A DNA stretch of 64,000 nucleotides from assembly GCA_032718475.1 (NCBI GenBank), contig JAUCBJ010007091.1, positions 1 to 64,000 on the forward strand, written 5' to 3'. Origin of the DNA: Nemertoderma westbladi. Taxonomy: Eukaryota; Animalia; Xenacoelomorpha. The first letter of the stretch is position 1, and every line of letters starts with the position of its first letter. Below, in pieces: positions 1 through 12,706 of the stretch. The notes under the pieces were generated by a model, which was not told the DNA's origin, ran no database searches, and saw nothing but the letters and a program-made list of their open reading frames with translations. A program made the translations under genes and the position numbers.

Positions 1-19
1 AGCGTTAAAACGCAAAACA

Positions 20-390
20 AATCTGTTAAGCCCTTTGACCATCTGAAATTCTAGTCGATTAAGATATCGCGGCACCCACCAATATACTTGAAAGACAAAA
101 TTCTAGAATCAGTGGTTAACGTCCCCAGACATATTCTGGAATAAATCGGTGCCCATCTTAAATATTAAATATTTAATAAATATTTATAAAATATATTAGA
201 ACAAATGTTATAATAGAGTAAATGCTGACCAATAAACTCTAAAGAGTTTGTAAACCAAAAATCTGTTCAAATTTAGATCCTTGAAATTTCTAGTCGATTA
301 AGATATCGTAGCACTTACCGATACTCTTAAAAAGACAAAATTCCTAGAATTAAGGATCTTAGTTCCCAGACATGCTCTGGAATAAAATTG
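20..390. repeat. Diverged ~240-bp tandem duplication
   Basis: Blocks such as TTCTAGTCGATTAAGATATCG, AAAGACAAAATTC and CCCAGACAT..TCTGGAATAAA recur at a ~241-bp offset (e.g. ~48 and ~287). Confidence 0.7.
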
Positions 391-1317
391 TGTCTATTTT
401 CGTGTCAAATAATAAAATTTTTACGGGAATAAATTTTAAATTCATATCCTCTCATGAATTTGATAAATTGTCATTTTATACAATTTATAACATTCCCAAA
501 ATTCCATTAATTAATAGATCATGGGAGCGGAGATTCACCCTATTAAGTATATTAGTGTGCGAGAATCTCCAATGTGTAGTCAATAGAATAATAAAATTCA
601 TAAAATCATGTATAAAGGGGAATATTGACAATTAAATAATTACTATTAAATAACATCCCAGATCTGTATGCATGAGAATTACCCAAATTCTACTGCTAGC
701 TTTCCATAATGTCACCATAGCAACAACCACGCTAGAATTAGAAGCGAGTTAAAAGAACAATAGAAAGCTTGCCCCATTGAATAGCATGCGGAATAAATAG
801 CACACTGCTAGTATCCAGGGATACATAATAATAACGTGGCATTCTGGAAGGCACTTGACTAACGGACAAATGGCCCAAATGTGTACAATTTGGGACAGTT
901 GTATGGAATTTGTGCATTTATAGGTGAATGTTACTATTAAAGTGTGTTTACAGTAGCGAGTCGCAGTTGTCAAAGTTACCCTGCCTCTGTAGCAAGAACC
1001 TGAAGTAATTCTAAGCCCTTGGGATGGACAGTGGAGTGCCTCGCGCTGGTTAATGTTGTCGTTGTGTAGCTACTACGTTGGCGAGAGGCACAGCGACGAC
1101 AGTACATCAGCGCTGAGGATCTTGCGCTGTCCGGGGGCATTGAGGGGGAGGCAGCGACGATCGCTAGCCTAAATATAATCAATTATAATATTGATAAACT
1201 CATATAGCAGCTATGACTGAGTTAATAGAAGATGATCTTGGTATCAGGGAGCGATATACCCTACCATTGTAAGCGTTTGTTGATAGTTTAATAAGCGGCG
1301 ATGCTAGTCAACCTACT

Positions 1318-3598
1318 ATGGAGAACGATGGCCGTTATATCGAACCGCCAATGTCAAAGGAACACCTCACGCGTGAATTGGACTATAGAAAATTCACTGC
1401 TCGCTATACGCATCGTAATGGTACGTATATGGACTTCTTAACTACTGGTCATCCTATCGATTTACACGATACGGACGATGTAGACACCGAAAGGGAAATG
1501 ATCCTATTTAAATATCATACCCAGCGGAGTCGGAACAATAAACTGAGAATCAAACATGAAAACTCTATTCGAAACCGACTCGAAAGAGAGAATGTGGAAG
1601 AATGTTCGTAAAGACAAGTAGAGGAGAACCAGCTGGAGAAAAACCATACGTTAATGTCCAGGGTCCATAATGTGAATAGTTTTCCCCGGGGCGCGGGTGC
1701 TCGCGGGCGGTCTCCTTCGGGAGGCTGTAATTTCCTCTTACTTCATCCTCTTCCTGCAATTATTGTGATCAGTGTCACAATCAAAGAGTAAGAATGAGTA
1801 ATGACGTAAAAGAAAAACATGTCCATTGTGGTATCTTATAGATACTACCCACATATCCTTCCTCCTCCATACTACTATTCTCCCTCTATCTATCGCTATC
1901 GAGGATACAAGACCTCTTCTTCCCATCTTCTCTACCCAACGCGCTCGGAGCTTTTGGGAGATGATCGATCAATCATAGTGGTATCGTGGTATTGATCGTA
2001 CCGCCTCCTACTAAACTTCCCCATCCCTTACTATTGGTCTGGATGCTTATATTGGTCTCCGCACCTCCTGTCCATGTACCATTGTGTTGGTATTTATAAT
2101 ATCAACTTCCACCCCTCTTGTCGTTGATTGGATAATCAACCAATAATAATTTCCTCAAGTCCACGGCCATTGATACAAGGACTGAAAGGACACGTTAATA
2201 GTCTGTGAACAACTGGTACCATTGTGCGTCATAAATCTGGTTGTTCACCTCCCTTAGTGATTGGGAATAAATAAATAAATAAATAAATAAATAAATAGTC
2301 AGTTCAAGGACCGCGCTCTGACTAAGCTCAGCCTAAGAGACTCAGCTGCTGAGAAGTTAGACAGCGCTGGATTCGCCATTTTCAAGGACGTTTGTATACA
2401 GAACTTACATTCCTCTGTTATACAAAGACCCTGAATCCCCACAGGTTATTCTATCGTGGAAGTCCAAACAGTGGGTTCGCTTGAGGAGACAGCTACACCT
2501 ACCTCAGCTATGCAATTGGAAGACGAACCAATTTGCTTAGAGTCCGAGGAGATTCAACCCACGGCGCCCAGGAGCAGTGACAATGACTACGTCCTGGAAT
2601 GGTATCAAGGTCCACAATGTCTCACCGCATACGATTATCGGCATGCCAATTATGTTTCTAGGAAACATTGCCGATTATGCGCATCATGAGACCACTTCAC
2701 CCCGGTGGACTCCAGCGTACCCTGCTCCTACTTTAAAGATCAACCTACCATGGAGATCTATTGTGCGTATTGTAGACTCAATAACTTACAAATCTTCGCA
2801 GTCTGCCCTCAATTTATGACTCAATGCCATCATTGCCAGTTTAAAGGACACGCAAGTTTCGATTGCCCTTTCAACCGAGATCTGGAAGGCGTAGACGAAA
2901 TGGTTGCCCTGCGCTACATTCGAGCCTGGGAAGCTAACGCGGATCTCCATTGCGAGTCACATCATCGATACTACCCTGGATGTGCCTATGAAGGAGTCTA
3001 TGCGTTTCACCCGTATCTCTTTGCTTCCGTTGAGCAAAAATCTCGCACACCGAGCTACGAGCTAATGAAGCGTGTTGGCGAGAATATTTCGACCAAATTT
3101 GTTCGCAAGTACCTCAGGAACATTAATCCTAACGACCTTAATTCCTATAACTTGATCAACTTCATCCGTCAAGATCCGGAATATGGTGACTTGTTCATCA
3201 ACTCGCATCCAGAACTACAGGAAGTTCATAGATGACCCTATGAATATATAGCCCGAGAACGCGAGTTAGAAAGAACCATCAAACCGAGGAAATTTCTCAC
3301 TACTCACGGTCCACCTACCGCTCTCGTGCAAATGACTCGTCAGGGACCAGTAAGAGCTGCCGTCCTGAAACGCGCTCTAAAGGTTGTTCGACCTCGTTCC
3401 ACTGAGGTTGATATCGATCAACCGGGTACCTCGACCGGCGGATACACCGACCGCAACCCTAAACCTTCCGATGCAATTGTATTGCACCCCTCACCCAGGA
3501 GTTATAGCCCTCCTAGTAAAGTGGTTCACCCCAAAGAGAAAAAGACTCTTGCTAGCCTCAAAAAACTTCGTAAACGCCATTCACGTAAGAAGGACTAA
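1318..3598 (+). pseudogene. Accessory Cys/His-rich (CCHC zinc-knuckle) ORF of an LTR retrotransposon, copy 1, disrupted
   Basis: ORFs 2456-2689, 2705-3235 and 3326-3598 share one frame with two in-frame TGA stops. Contains CHHCQFKGHASFDC (C-x2-C-x4-H-x4-C). Homologous to 33311-34543 (-). The 5' part (1318-~1606) is separated by an apparent insertion (~1607-2296). Confidence 0.75.
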
Positions 3599-3676
3599 TA
3601 GTTTAGAGTATTTTTTATATTTTAGAAACTGTGATTTTTATATTTTATAAACTTAAATCCCATTTTCTGGGAGCGG

Positions 3677-4771
3677 TATAAAAGCTTTTGCGGACATAAC
3701 AAGTCATTTTTCCGCAATGTGCAGAATACTCTAAAATAGCCCTGAATTTGTCCAACTACGCGACGGGAAGGAATTGGAGCTGGTGTGACGACATCTATCA
3801 GCTGATTCTCTGTGGACGTGGAACTTTTCTTTGTTCTGCCTATTCAGCCAATCAGAGCGATTTTCCCCCTTATGCCTGACCGAGGCCTATGGAAAGCCGC
3901 GCAATGCATTACGGTCTTTGTTTACCTTTTCTGAGCACCAGAACCGGCTTGGAATTTTCTGTACTTCTGTTTGGAAGTTTCAGACTTTGGCCTAAATATC
4001 AGATGGCTTTGATTATAAGAACGTAAATCTATTATCTGACCGACACACACTTGGAGCACCGACTGAACATACTGACTGTTCACCGCATTATTTTACTTCT
4101 GTTTACTGTCTGTTATTAATTGTTGTTATATTAATGGATATTGCTGTTATATTTGGAGAATACCGATAAATAATCATAAAACCCCCAATCTTCTTGATTA
4201 CTGAAGGTAAGAGGAACAGATTTACCGGTAGCAACTGCGACTTAAATTATAGTGGTTTTTGTGTGAATTAAATGCTATTTCATAATCCCTACATGTGTCA
4301 GTTGCGATCTTCCTTATATATGATCAAATTCAGTGACGGTCGGCAGATTAGTGTGAAGTAGTGTGAAGTCGTGTGAAGTGGTGTGAAATATAATAAAGCA
4401 TCTCCTAAAGAATGCGCTATTTACGAAACTCTGTGGCCATCTAGTTGTGATTAGTATAAGTCATAACTCTGTTTTTATACTTAAAGCGCCACGTCCTAAA
4501 GGAACTGTTAATATTTCCCCGAAAGTAAATATATTGTCAGAGATTATATAATAACGATCAATCAAATAATACAGAAGATCTACACCGCAATAACTCTCAA
4601 GGAAGCCGAATCCAGTCTCCCTTAACTGTGGGTGAATGATCGCGCACAGACTGGCTTCGGCTGAAGTAACTTCAGTACACTAAATAAATGATATAGGCTA
4701 AAGTCGATTTATAAACAAGAGGACAACTAAAATTGGCAGGTTAAACTGCTAAAGGTCTAAAAGCGCGAACA
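3677..4771 (+). mobile_element. 3' LTR (~1.1 kb) of a BEL/Pao-like retrotransposon, copy 1
   Basis: Purine tract GGGAGCGG directly upstream. Starts TATAAAAGCTTTT (TGTAAAAGCTTTT in copy 2) and ends AAAAGCGCGAACA. Colinear with the reverse complement of 11889-12386 plus 32556-33232. Confidence 0.75.
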
Positions 4772-4788
4772 ACTACCTTGGTTACCAT

Positions 4789-4853
4789 GCCGGGGTTGAA
4801 CCCACAACCTCCGTGAGATGTGAATTCAATATAACCACAATATAACCGGTGGG
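4789..4853 (-). mobile_element. 5' head fragment of a tRNA-derived SINE (same family as 35812-36090)
   Basis: Reverse complement reads CCACC..GTGGTT..ATTGAATTCACATCTC..GGTTGTGGGTTCAACC, matching the head of the SINE at 35812. Confidence 0.6.
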
Positions 4854-5000
4854 CTCTGAACCAAGGTGGAACAAGTGTCAGATACCGTCAGATCAGATCA
4901 GATCAGATAAGGACAGACGTTTTAGCCATCCTAGACAGTCATAGCTGTCTGCATCGTGTTAATACACAAAGTAAAGGAGTGAGATCTGCTATAAATATAA

Positions 5001-7128
5001 CTAGAGACGGGACTAGCTGCCCGTGAAGCAAGTTGTATGAGACAGTACGAGTCAAGTAAAAGCTTTTTGTTCTGTCTGATAATAAATTAGTGTGAGGGTA
5101 GTCCCGGTGGTGTACGAGACATTTTCATGACAACTTCAAGCTATAATTATTATGTGGTAATCATCTAATGAATTACTAGAACGCCATCAAGATGGCTTTA
5201 AACGAACCTGTCTTACACAGACTCCAAGAAACAGATGGGATTGGAAGATGCAAACCAAGAATGACTTGCATCAACCAAAAAACTGCCTCCCATCTAATGT
5301 AATACACATTCGCCTAGGCAAACAAATCATAATCACAATTACTACGATGATGTGTGAAATGGTATCCATATCCGCAACCTGAGAAACGGCCCAAAAGAGC
5401 AGTTTATTCTGCGGAGGGGTCTTTTCTGTATGAGATAAATAAAATAAAGAACATTAATTACATACATTCTCAGTTAGCATAATAAAAACATCGGAGCAAC
5501 CAATATAATGTACATGTACAAGCATCCTATGAAAGTTTGTGAAATGTTCCCTTAAGTCTACCCAACAGCCGTTGGTACCCGGCTGGCAGCCACCCTGGTT
5601 CAGTTTTATGGTTTTGTTAGTTTAATCGACAGCTGTTGTAAACGTCCCAGATATACAAAACCTACTAAGCCTTTGCATTCCAATTGAGCTTAGCCTAAGT
5701 TGATGACAGTATTATAACGATGACAATTAGGCCCTATAGATACATACGATATATAAATGATGTACTGCTTGACATTACACTAACTGGCTGAATAGAGATA
5801 GAACTATAATAATACGTTTGGCATTCTGTCAGATTTCAGTAGTAAGTAACCTCATAATAATTGCTAAATATCAATCACCTGAAAAACATTTCAAGCAAGG
5901 GAGTTGTGGGTATTTAATTTCGCGTTCAATAATGTTGAAAATATGCAAATATTTCGAATATCGCACTTCGAATCGTTCCCAACTTTTTTATTCAACAACT
6001 AGACAACAATTGATAAATACTTGCGTTTACAATTTTACAATGCATGCAAGTGGTTTCAAGCCATTTGGTGAACATACATAGTGACATAGTGATATAGGTA
6101 AATATATCCATCGTGTTTTTGCCGGCCTCAGCTTTAGACAAAAACTACCCAGTCTAAAGACAGGTTCGTTATAAAAGGTGTTGTGATTGTTGAAGATAGA
6201 GAGCAGTTAGCGAAATAATAGAGCTATCGGATAGAGTACTCAGAGAGGAGTCGAGGTGTCAATTGATTATTAATAATAACAGCAGTTGTCATGAATTCAA
6301 TACAATCGCGCACAAGAAGTGATAAGACAAATTCGTTCTTATTTTTGTAATAAATAAAACAAGTTGAGATGTTTCAATGTAAACCGCGATTAACAATAAT
6401 TTACACTGTTCAATGTAAACCACGATATTAATTAAATACAATAATTATATTATTATTATAACATATTTTTATATTTCAAACTTATTATAACATATTTTTA
6501 TATTTCAAACTATAATGTTAGCCTTATGGAGAATCATTATGAGGCTGAGTAAACATTCAACCTTATAAGCATACAGCCTCCACAGTATTAATGTTGGCAC
6601 AAAGATTTTAAAATAAAACAATAATTAGATGACAGTACAGTCCAATCAATAGTAGCCAACACACTGTGTAAATAACAGTCATTTAGCTTGCACGCCAATT
6701 AATTAACATAGCAAGGATGCATTGGGAAGAGTTATTCAGCTGAGACTGTAATAGCCAGCTAAACCAGTTAATGTTTGCTTACTGTCTGGGTTGTGGAGTA
6801 GAGTGATAATACTAGTGGCACAGAAAGTACTTCTTTGTTAGTTGGCCCTTCCTATTGAATGCATTACCAGGCCATCTCTATACATTTTTCATGAGTGCCA
6901 AGCTGGTGTTTTAATCATTGCGCCTATGGCAATTTTCGTGTTTTGGGGCTATTTTTCGAAATAAAACAAGTTGAGATGTTTCAATTTAACCGCGATTTCA
7001 CAAGTACCCATAAAAATCTATTTTCATGGTTCATGCAAAATTGCATCAAAATCGTTAGCGCCATTTTTGGTCTAGGTCAGTAGCCAGTAGCTTTTTTTCT
7101 TATAGTATTCAAGTCTAACGACTTACTA
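5001..7128 (-). mobile_element. Non-autonomous Helitron/Helentron-like element, family A, copy 1 (contains nested family B)
   Basis: The minus-strand 3' end is a GC-rich hairpin plus CTAG. Subterminal IR AGCAAGT(C/T)GT. ~1.1 kb is nearly colinear with 43508-44613. Confidence 0.7.
5176..6171 (-). mobile_element. Non-autonomous Helitron/Helentron-like element, family B, copy 1
   Basis: Hairpin GCCATC-AA-GATGGC next to terminal CTAG. Subterminal IR AACGAACCTGTCT. Inserted between A and T of family A with no TSD (empty site GAATTATAAAAG seen at ~43678). Inverted copy ends at 45604. Confidence 0.7.
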
Positions 7129-8065
7129 ATAAATTAATAAATTAATTAATTTCATTACCGGACTAACGCCTCTGGTGGCTATAATTAAAATTGTAGGACC
7201 ATTATAAAATATGTATAACAACAGCAGGTAAAACTGGTCAGACAATAATTGTGAACCAATTGAACGAATAGAACGAATTGAAACAATTGTGAAATCAAAT
7301 ATGTCCAATCAATACGGTACATGGACTCCTGCGGCTAAAATGGTAGGACTAAATAATATATAACGGCGGGTAAAATAATAAATTAGATCAAACAATAAAT
7401 TCAGCGATAGAATCGAATAAAATAAAATCTAGTCGAAAATCTGATGCACATGACGCTAGTAGGCCTATACTGTAGTTCAGTAATGAACTAATAGTTTAGT
7501 AAGAGTCAGTTCAGTCGTGTCGTGGTGAGTGAGAGATTGTGTCCATAGTATTTGTGTCTGTTTCTATTTAATCTCAAGAATACCTGTCTATCGTCGAATC
7601 GCACCAATAATACCAGCCCTGCATCTCGCGTTCATAATAATATTATTTTAATAAAAACCCACACAATTAATAACGTGGCGGTAAGAACAGTTAGTAAAGG
7701 CACCAAGGCATGATATAAGTCAATAGCGGTATAAAATCAACCCGGTAAAATAAAATATATATACATGTTGATATAAAATATTCATATGGCGTACTTAATA
7801 GTGTAGGATGTACAATAATTGCTAAGTGTAAAACGTACAAATTTGCCATTAAAATAAAATCGGATAAAATAAGATATAATGAAGGGTAATACCCACAGGC
7901 TGGCTAGCACGTAGGGTCTATTTGGGTACCATAATTAACTGCTGAATACAAAGGATTTATTCAGAGAGAGTAAAATATTATATCGGACAGGACGTATCGT
8001 TGTATCATGTAGATCAGGCGGTAGGAGTTTGTTGCGCTCAGGGATGTCGCTTGGATATTCTTTAA

Positions 8066-8531
8066 CCCTATCCATACCGGGGTACTTTAGACTCTCAAAC
8101 TACCGGGGGGGGGGGGGGGGGGGGACTTTTGGGGACGTAAAGTTTGGAAGCATATAACTTTGTGTGGTGTGATGATATTACTTTAAAGTAAAAAGTTTTA
8201 GATACAAAATTTATTCCTCTTTTCAAATATGCCACACACTAATGCTCAAATATAATATTTATATACTATAATTATGTTTAAATTGAACAACATCATATTG
8301 ATCAACATAATCATTTTAAATTTCCCTCCTACAATAGTTCAGCCAATAATATGACAGTTTCAGAGACAGGTCTGTTTACGTGTCATTTTCATGGTCATAA
8401 ATAATAATATGAAAATTAATTTTTGTTTTAAGATAAAGAATAATAAATTTTAGGAAAAGTAACGGAATTTCACTTGCAATAAATGTAGTTTGGCTTTGAA
8501 CCAAGCAATCAAATAAAGTGCGTCTCCAAAA

Positions 8532-8562
<31 letters not shown>

Positions 8563-8572
8563 ATGGATAGGG
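8066..8572. mobile_element. piggyBac-type MITE (507 bp)
   Basis: TTAA TSD (8062-8065 and 8573-8576), TIR CCCTATCCATAC...GTATGGATAGGG, and inner poly-G/poly-C inverted tracts. Confidence 0.85.
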
Positions 8573-8576
8573 TTAA

Positions 8577-8950
8577 GTGTCTGCGTATAGAGCTGAAACT
8601 AAATTTGGAGATACTGAGAATTGCCAAGCTTGGGAGGTTCAGGTCCCAGGCGGCGTGTGCATAGCTATCAAATGTGTCTCTCTCTACCTTGAACAGTCCC
8701 CCTAGATGGCCGGACAGCAGATAGTCACTGAGAATTCTCCTGATCAGGCCGAGAATCCTGAGCAGGCTGAGACAACGCATGAAAACAAGGTTGCTAAGGG
8801 TAACGTTTCCAACATTAAACGAAGAGCTGTGTTTGATACCCGTTTGTTGCAGTAAACTTGGCCCCTGACTGAGCGCTTGTACTGTAGTGACTATTGAGGC
8901 ACTCCAGTCCGGTAATTGATTGTAGTCCAATATATAATTCGAGAACAAGA
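8577..8950 (-). mobile_element. Degenerate CR1/L2-like LINE RT fragment
   Basis: Minus-strand TGVPQ (RT motif) and LRILGLIRR / YAHAAWD in shifted frames. Confidence 0.45.
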
Positions 8951-9823
8951 TTCAACTAATATGAGTGAGTCTCATGAGGTGGAATATGTTGTGTTTATTA
9001 TATGAGGATAACTCCATTTTCGAATTATCCATTCGTAGAACTACCAATCAGTTTTCTCGTCTATTACGTTTTCGTCCTTCAGCTTACAATCACAATGACT
9101 TGCTCTGAATGATTTGTTAAAAAAATAATTATACTAATACAAACCGTTAATACGCATCGAATGAGCCAAAAAGCAAGGAATGAGAGCAAAATCTGTCAAC
9201 GTGTCAATGTGTCAACATACATACATACATACATTTACAACATACATACAACATAAATACATATGTACATACAAACTGAGCCGATATATATATATTACTG
9301 GAGATGAATATTAATAGTAATTCTACACGATCATTCAAACATACAGTAATTATATTTATATAACTTTACAAACCGGACTAAGCTAGCTGAGTCCGAGTTT
9401 TAAGGCCTGTAGAGTAGAGTAGGCCCTAGTCCTTGGTGAACATATATTTTTTTAACTAGTTTAAAGTTGCCTAAAACGATTTTCCAACTTAATTGAAATC
9501 ACACAAAAAGGAACAGGCAAATTTTGTGCGACTATTTTCAATTAATAAGCTATTAAACATACCCTATACAGTATGTGTAACTTTTGAATAAATTTGAGTA
9601 TCGCAGTCTGTTGGTACTACAGTACTGTAGTATGTAGTACCGCACTTAACCCCACCCTCCAAGCTACAGTAGGCCTACTGTATACAGTAACCTCAGACTT
9701 TGAACTGCAGTACAGTACTCTACAGTATATATTAATTTGATTAATTAACGTATCATTTATTCTAATAAATATCTTATTAATTTATCTAATTTACTCATTT
9801 AGAAATATATCATTTACAATAAA

Positions 9824-10405
9824 ATGCAACCAATTAAATGTGTGGTAGTTGGCGATGGAGGGGTTGGTAAATTATGCCTTATAATTAGTTACACAACAAA
9901 TGCTTTTCCAGGGGAATATATTCCTACACAATATGATGTGTGCTCAGTTAATCTAATGGTTGAAGGTAGGCCTGTCTGCTTGCGATTATGGTATACGCCG
10001 GGGCAAGAGGATTACGACAGAACACGACCCCTCACCTACCCCCAGACTGATGTTTTCCTCATCTGTTTTTCTTTGATTAGTCCCGCATCTTACGAGAATG
10101 TCCGCACCAAGTGGTACCCCGAAGTGTCCCACCACTGTCCAGTAACACCTATCGTTTTAATAGGGACCAAGTTGGATCTGAGAGACGATAAAGAAACGAT
10201 TGAAAAGCTTCAGGACAAGAAACAATCTCCAATATCTTATCGACAGGGTTTGGCGATGGCTAAGGATATCAAAGCTAAAAAGTATTTAGAATGTTCGGCG
10301 TTAACGCAAAAAGGTGTGAAGCAAGTGTTTGACGAGGCTATCAGAGCTGTGCCGTTCCCTAAAAAACCGCGGTTCAATAATGGTAGAAAGTGTAGAATTC
10401 TTTAA
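9824..10405 (+). CDS. Rac: Intronless Rac-family small GTPase with degenerate G1/G3 motifs and effector loop
   Basis: [48 protein letters not shown], polybasic tail and CAAX CRIL. GKT is changed to GKL and WDTAG to WYTPG. Confidence 0.95.
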   Translation: MQPIKCVVVGDGGVGKLCLIISYTTNAFPGEYIPTQYDVCSVNLMVEGRPVCLRLWYTPGQEDYDRTRPLTYPQTDVFLICFSLISPASYENVRTKWYPEVSHHCPVTPIVLIGTKLDLRDDKETIEKLQDKKQSPISYRQGLAMAKDIKAKKYLECSALTQKGVKQVFDEAIRAVPFPKKPRFNNGRKCRIL

Positions 10406-10995
10406 ATACTCTATTCTGTATGACAAATATTTTCGACATAAAATGACTGTTACTGTATACTAATTATTTTATGTTATTACAATTTCACCAATGTACATAT
10501 TTATTCAGTATTTAATCAACGACCTATATAATGTTCCATAAATCTTGAAAAGGCATAGCTATCTAAAACACGATATGAAAATTTCCGGTCGATGGAGGGA
10601 GGTTGTTCCATTCTGAGCTATGAAATGTATCGCCAGAGCTCGTCTTTGTAATAACTCTAATTGCGAAGACATTCAATATTTGGGTTCCAAAAAAGGCTTA
10701 CATCATTCTTTTCCAAGACTTTAATAAATGGTCCATAAAAATGTACAGTAGTGACTTTCAGCTTCATGAGAAGGGAAGAAGCGAGAGTTGTAGAAACGAG
10801 AGTAAAAGTAAAATTTGACAATCTGTAAAGATGTACAGAATTAGCTGTGGAAGTTTCTGAGCCACAATCATACATTCATACCCATACTATATATATACTT
10901 TCTTTAATTAATAGTGTTAAATTAAAATATACAAGATCAGGGTCGTATTATGTATTATAGTATCTTATATTATTATCTTATTATTAATAAAAGAG

Positions 10996-11888
10996 TACTA
11001 CTACTACTAGGATCGGCATGCTGCATTGCAACTGCATTTTTAAGAATGCTGTGCCGGCTTGTCGACAAATTGCGCCGCCACAACTCCCTATCACCAATGA
11101 CATTTGCTAGATCATCCGCATCTTCAGGCCAGTGTCCTTTAAGATGCGTCTCAAGAAAGTCATGGGCTGTCCACCATTCTTATTCACACCATGGGGCTGC
11201 CAAAGTACAAGATTATGCACTGGCTGGTCCTCACGGCGAAAGCAATGTCCTGCAAAGCGGAGGCGATTTTGTTCTATTGTCAAGCTTGGGGGAACCAATG
11301 AGACACCTCCAATGTTATATAGTGTCTGGTTTGAAATGTGTGCATTGTACTTGACACAATGAACCCGGCGTAGCATTCTTGTGAATGTGTCATCCAGAGA
11401 TTTGGTGTCCTCAGCAGTTAGAGCCCAGCATGGACTCCCATAGAGGAGTACTGGAACTACTGCTGCTCTAAATAATCGGACCTTGACTGAATCAAAGGCC
11501 TTAAAGAAGTCAACAAAGATAACAGCCAGCTCCTTTAAACACTCAGGTATTTTAAAGACCTCAGGGGGAACACCATCTACTCCAATGGCACGATTGGTCT
11601 TAATGCTCTTTGCAGCAGCCTTCACTTCTGCAAAGGAGATATCGCCAATGGGAATATCTGGGAGTACAGACTCAGACACGTTTACTTCTATAAAGTTGTC
11701 AGGCAATACCCTGTCATTATTGAGGAGCTTTTCAAAGTGGGCCTTCCAACCATTGAGGCGATCGGCTGGTCATTCAGCCTTAACCTTGGTGGTTGGTTGG
11801 CATTTCCGCCCAGTAAGCAAGTTCATCGATTCCCATGCCTGTGATGATTGCCTGCTGCCGTCAGCATCATTGATGGCATCAACCTGTT
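10996..11888 (-). mobile_element. RTE-clade LINE fragment (internally deleted), target of the LTR element
   Basis: RAIGVDGVPPEVFK, FVDFFKAFDSV, RLRFAGHCFR, (TAG)n tail. The 3' part is near-identical to 59382-59963. Confidence 0.85.
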
Positions 11889-12386
11889 TGTACGCGCTTT
11901 TGAAGACCTTTAGCAGTTTAACCTGCCAAAATTTATATGTCTTTTGGTTTATAAATAGACTTTAGAAAATGACAAGTATTTAATACCAAGAAACACAACA
12001 TTAGCCGAAGCCAGCCTAGTGCGCGTCCATTCACCCGCTGGATATACCCGGGAGACTGGATTCGGAGGGCTTAGATTGTTATTGCAGTGTAAGCTTACTG
12101 TATTATTCGATTGATCGTTAATAAATAATTTCTGACCAATATTATTCACTTTCGGGAAATATTAACAGTTCCTTTAGGACGTGGCGCTCTATCTAGGTAA
12201 ACAGAGATATGACTTATACTAAACACAACGGTAAGTCGGTAAGGCTTATGATTCACGTATGAGGCGCATTCTTTAGGAAATGCTTAGTTATCAGCCACAA
12301 TCATGCACACTACCGGTAACACACAATACTGCTCACTAATTTGCCGACCGTCAATGAATTTTATCATATATAAAGAGAACAGCAAC
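11889..12386 (-). mobile_element. Distal half of the 3' LTR of BEL/Pao copy 2 (split by the Polinton)
   Basis: Reverse complement aligns with ~4300-4771 and ends ...AAAAGCGCGTACA at 11889. Confidence 0.8.
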
Positions 12387-12706
12387 AGTAGTATATATTA
12401 CATGGAGACGGCATCAGAGTCACCCGTAGCCCATCATTACCGTCCATTTCTAGTACTGCAGCCAATCAGAAGCCACCATTTCAACCTTTTGCGGTGGTCG
12501 TTATTATTTCAACCAATCAGATGACAGCATTTCATCCGTAACCATGGCAACTTCTCAAGTTCCCGCTTATTCCGCTAGAGGCGTTATTAGTCACCTAACG
12601 CTAGTACTGCATCCAATCATAAGCCTTTATTTTACAGGTGTTCGGGTGTCTACACTTAGCATCAGGTAACTTCTATTATTTTTCAAATCGCAATTTTTCA
12701 CCAACC
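12387..12706 (+). repeat. Polinton left TIR (320 bp)
   Basis: Reverse complement of 32236-32555 with about 6 mismatches counted by eye. Confidence 0.97.

Noticed and set aside
7190-7670. LTR-like segment (TGTAGG...CACACA)
   Set aside because: No second copy or TSD visible in the window
8376-8948. 190-aa ORF with a poly-Gly run as a gene
   Set aside because: Chimera of a decayed LINE fragment and the poly-C tract of the piggyBac-type MITE
9824-10405. Rac as Polinton cargo
   Set aside because: Lies ~2 kb outside the TIR/TSD-defined boundary, beyond the LTR and LINE
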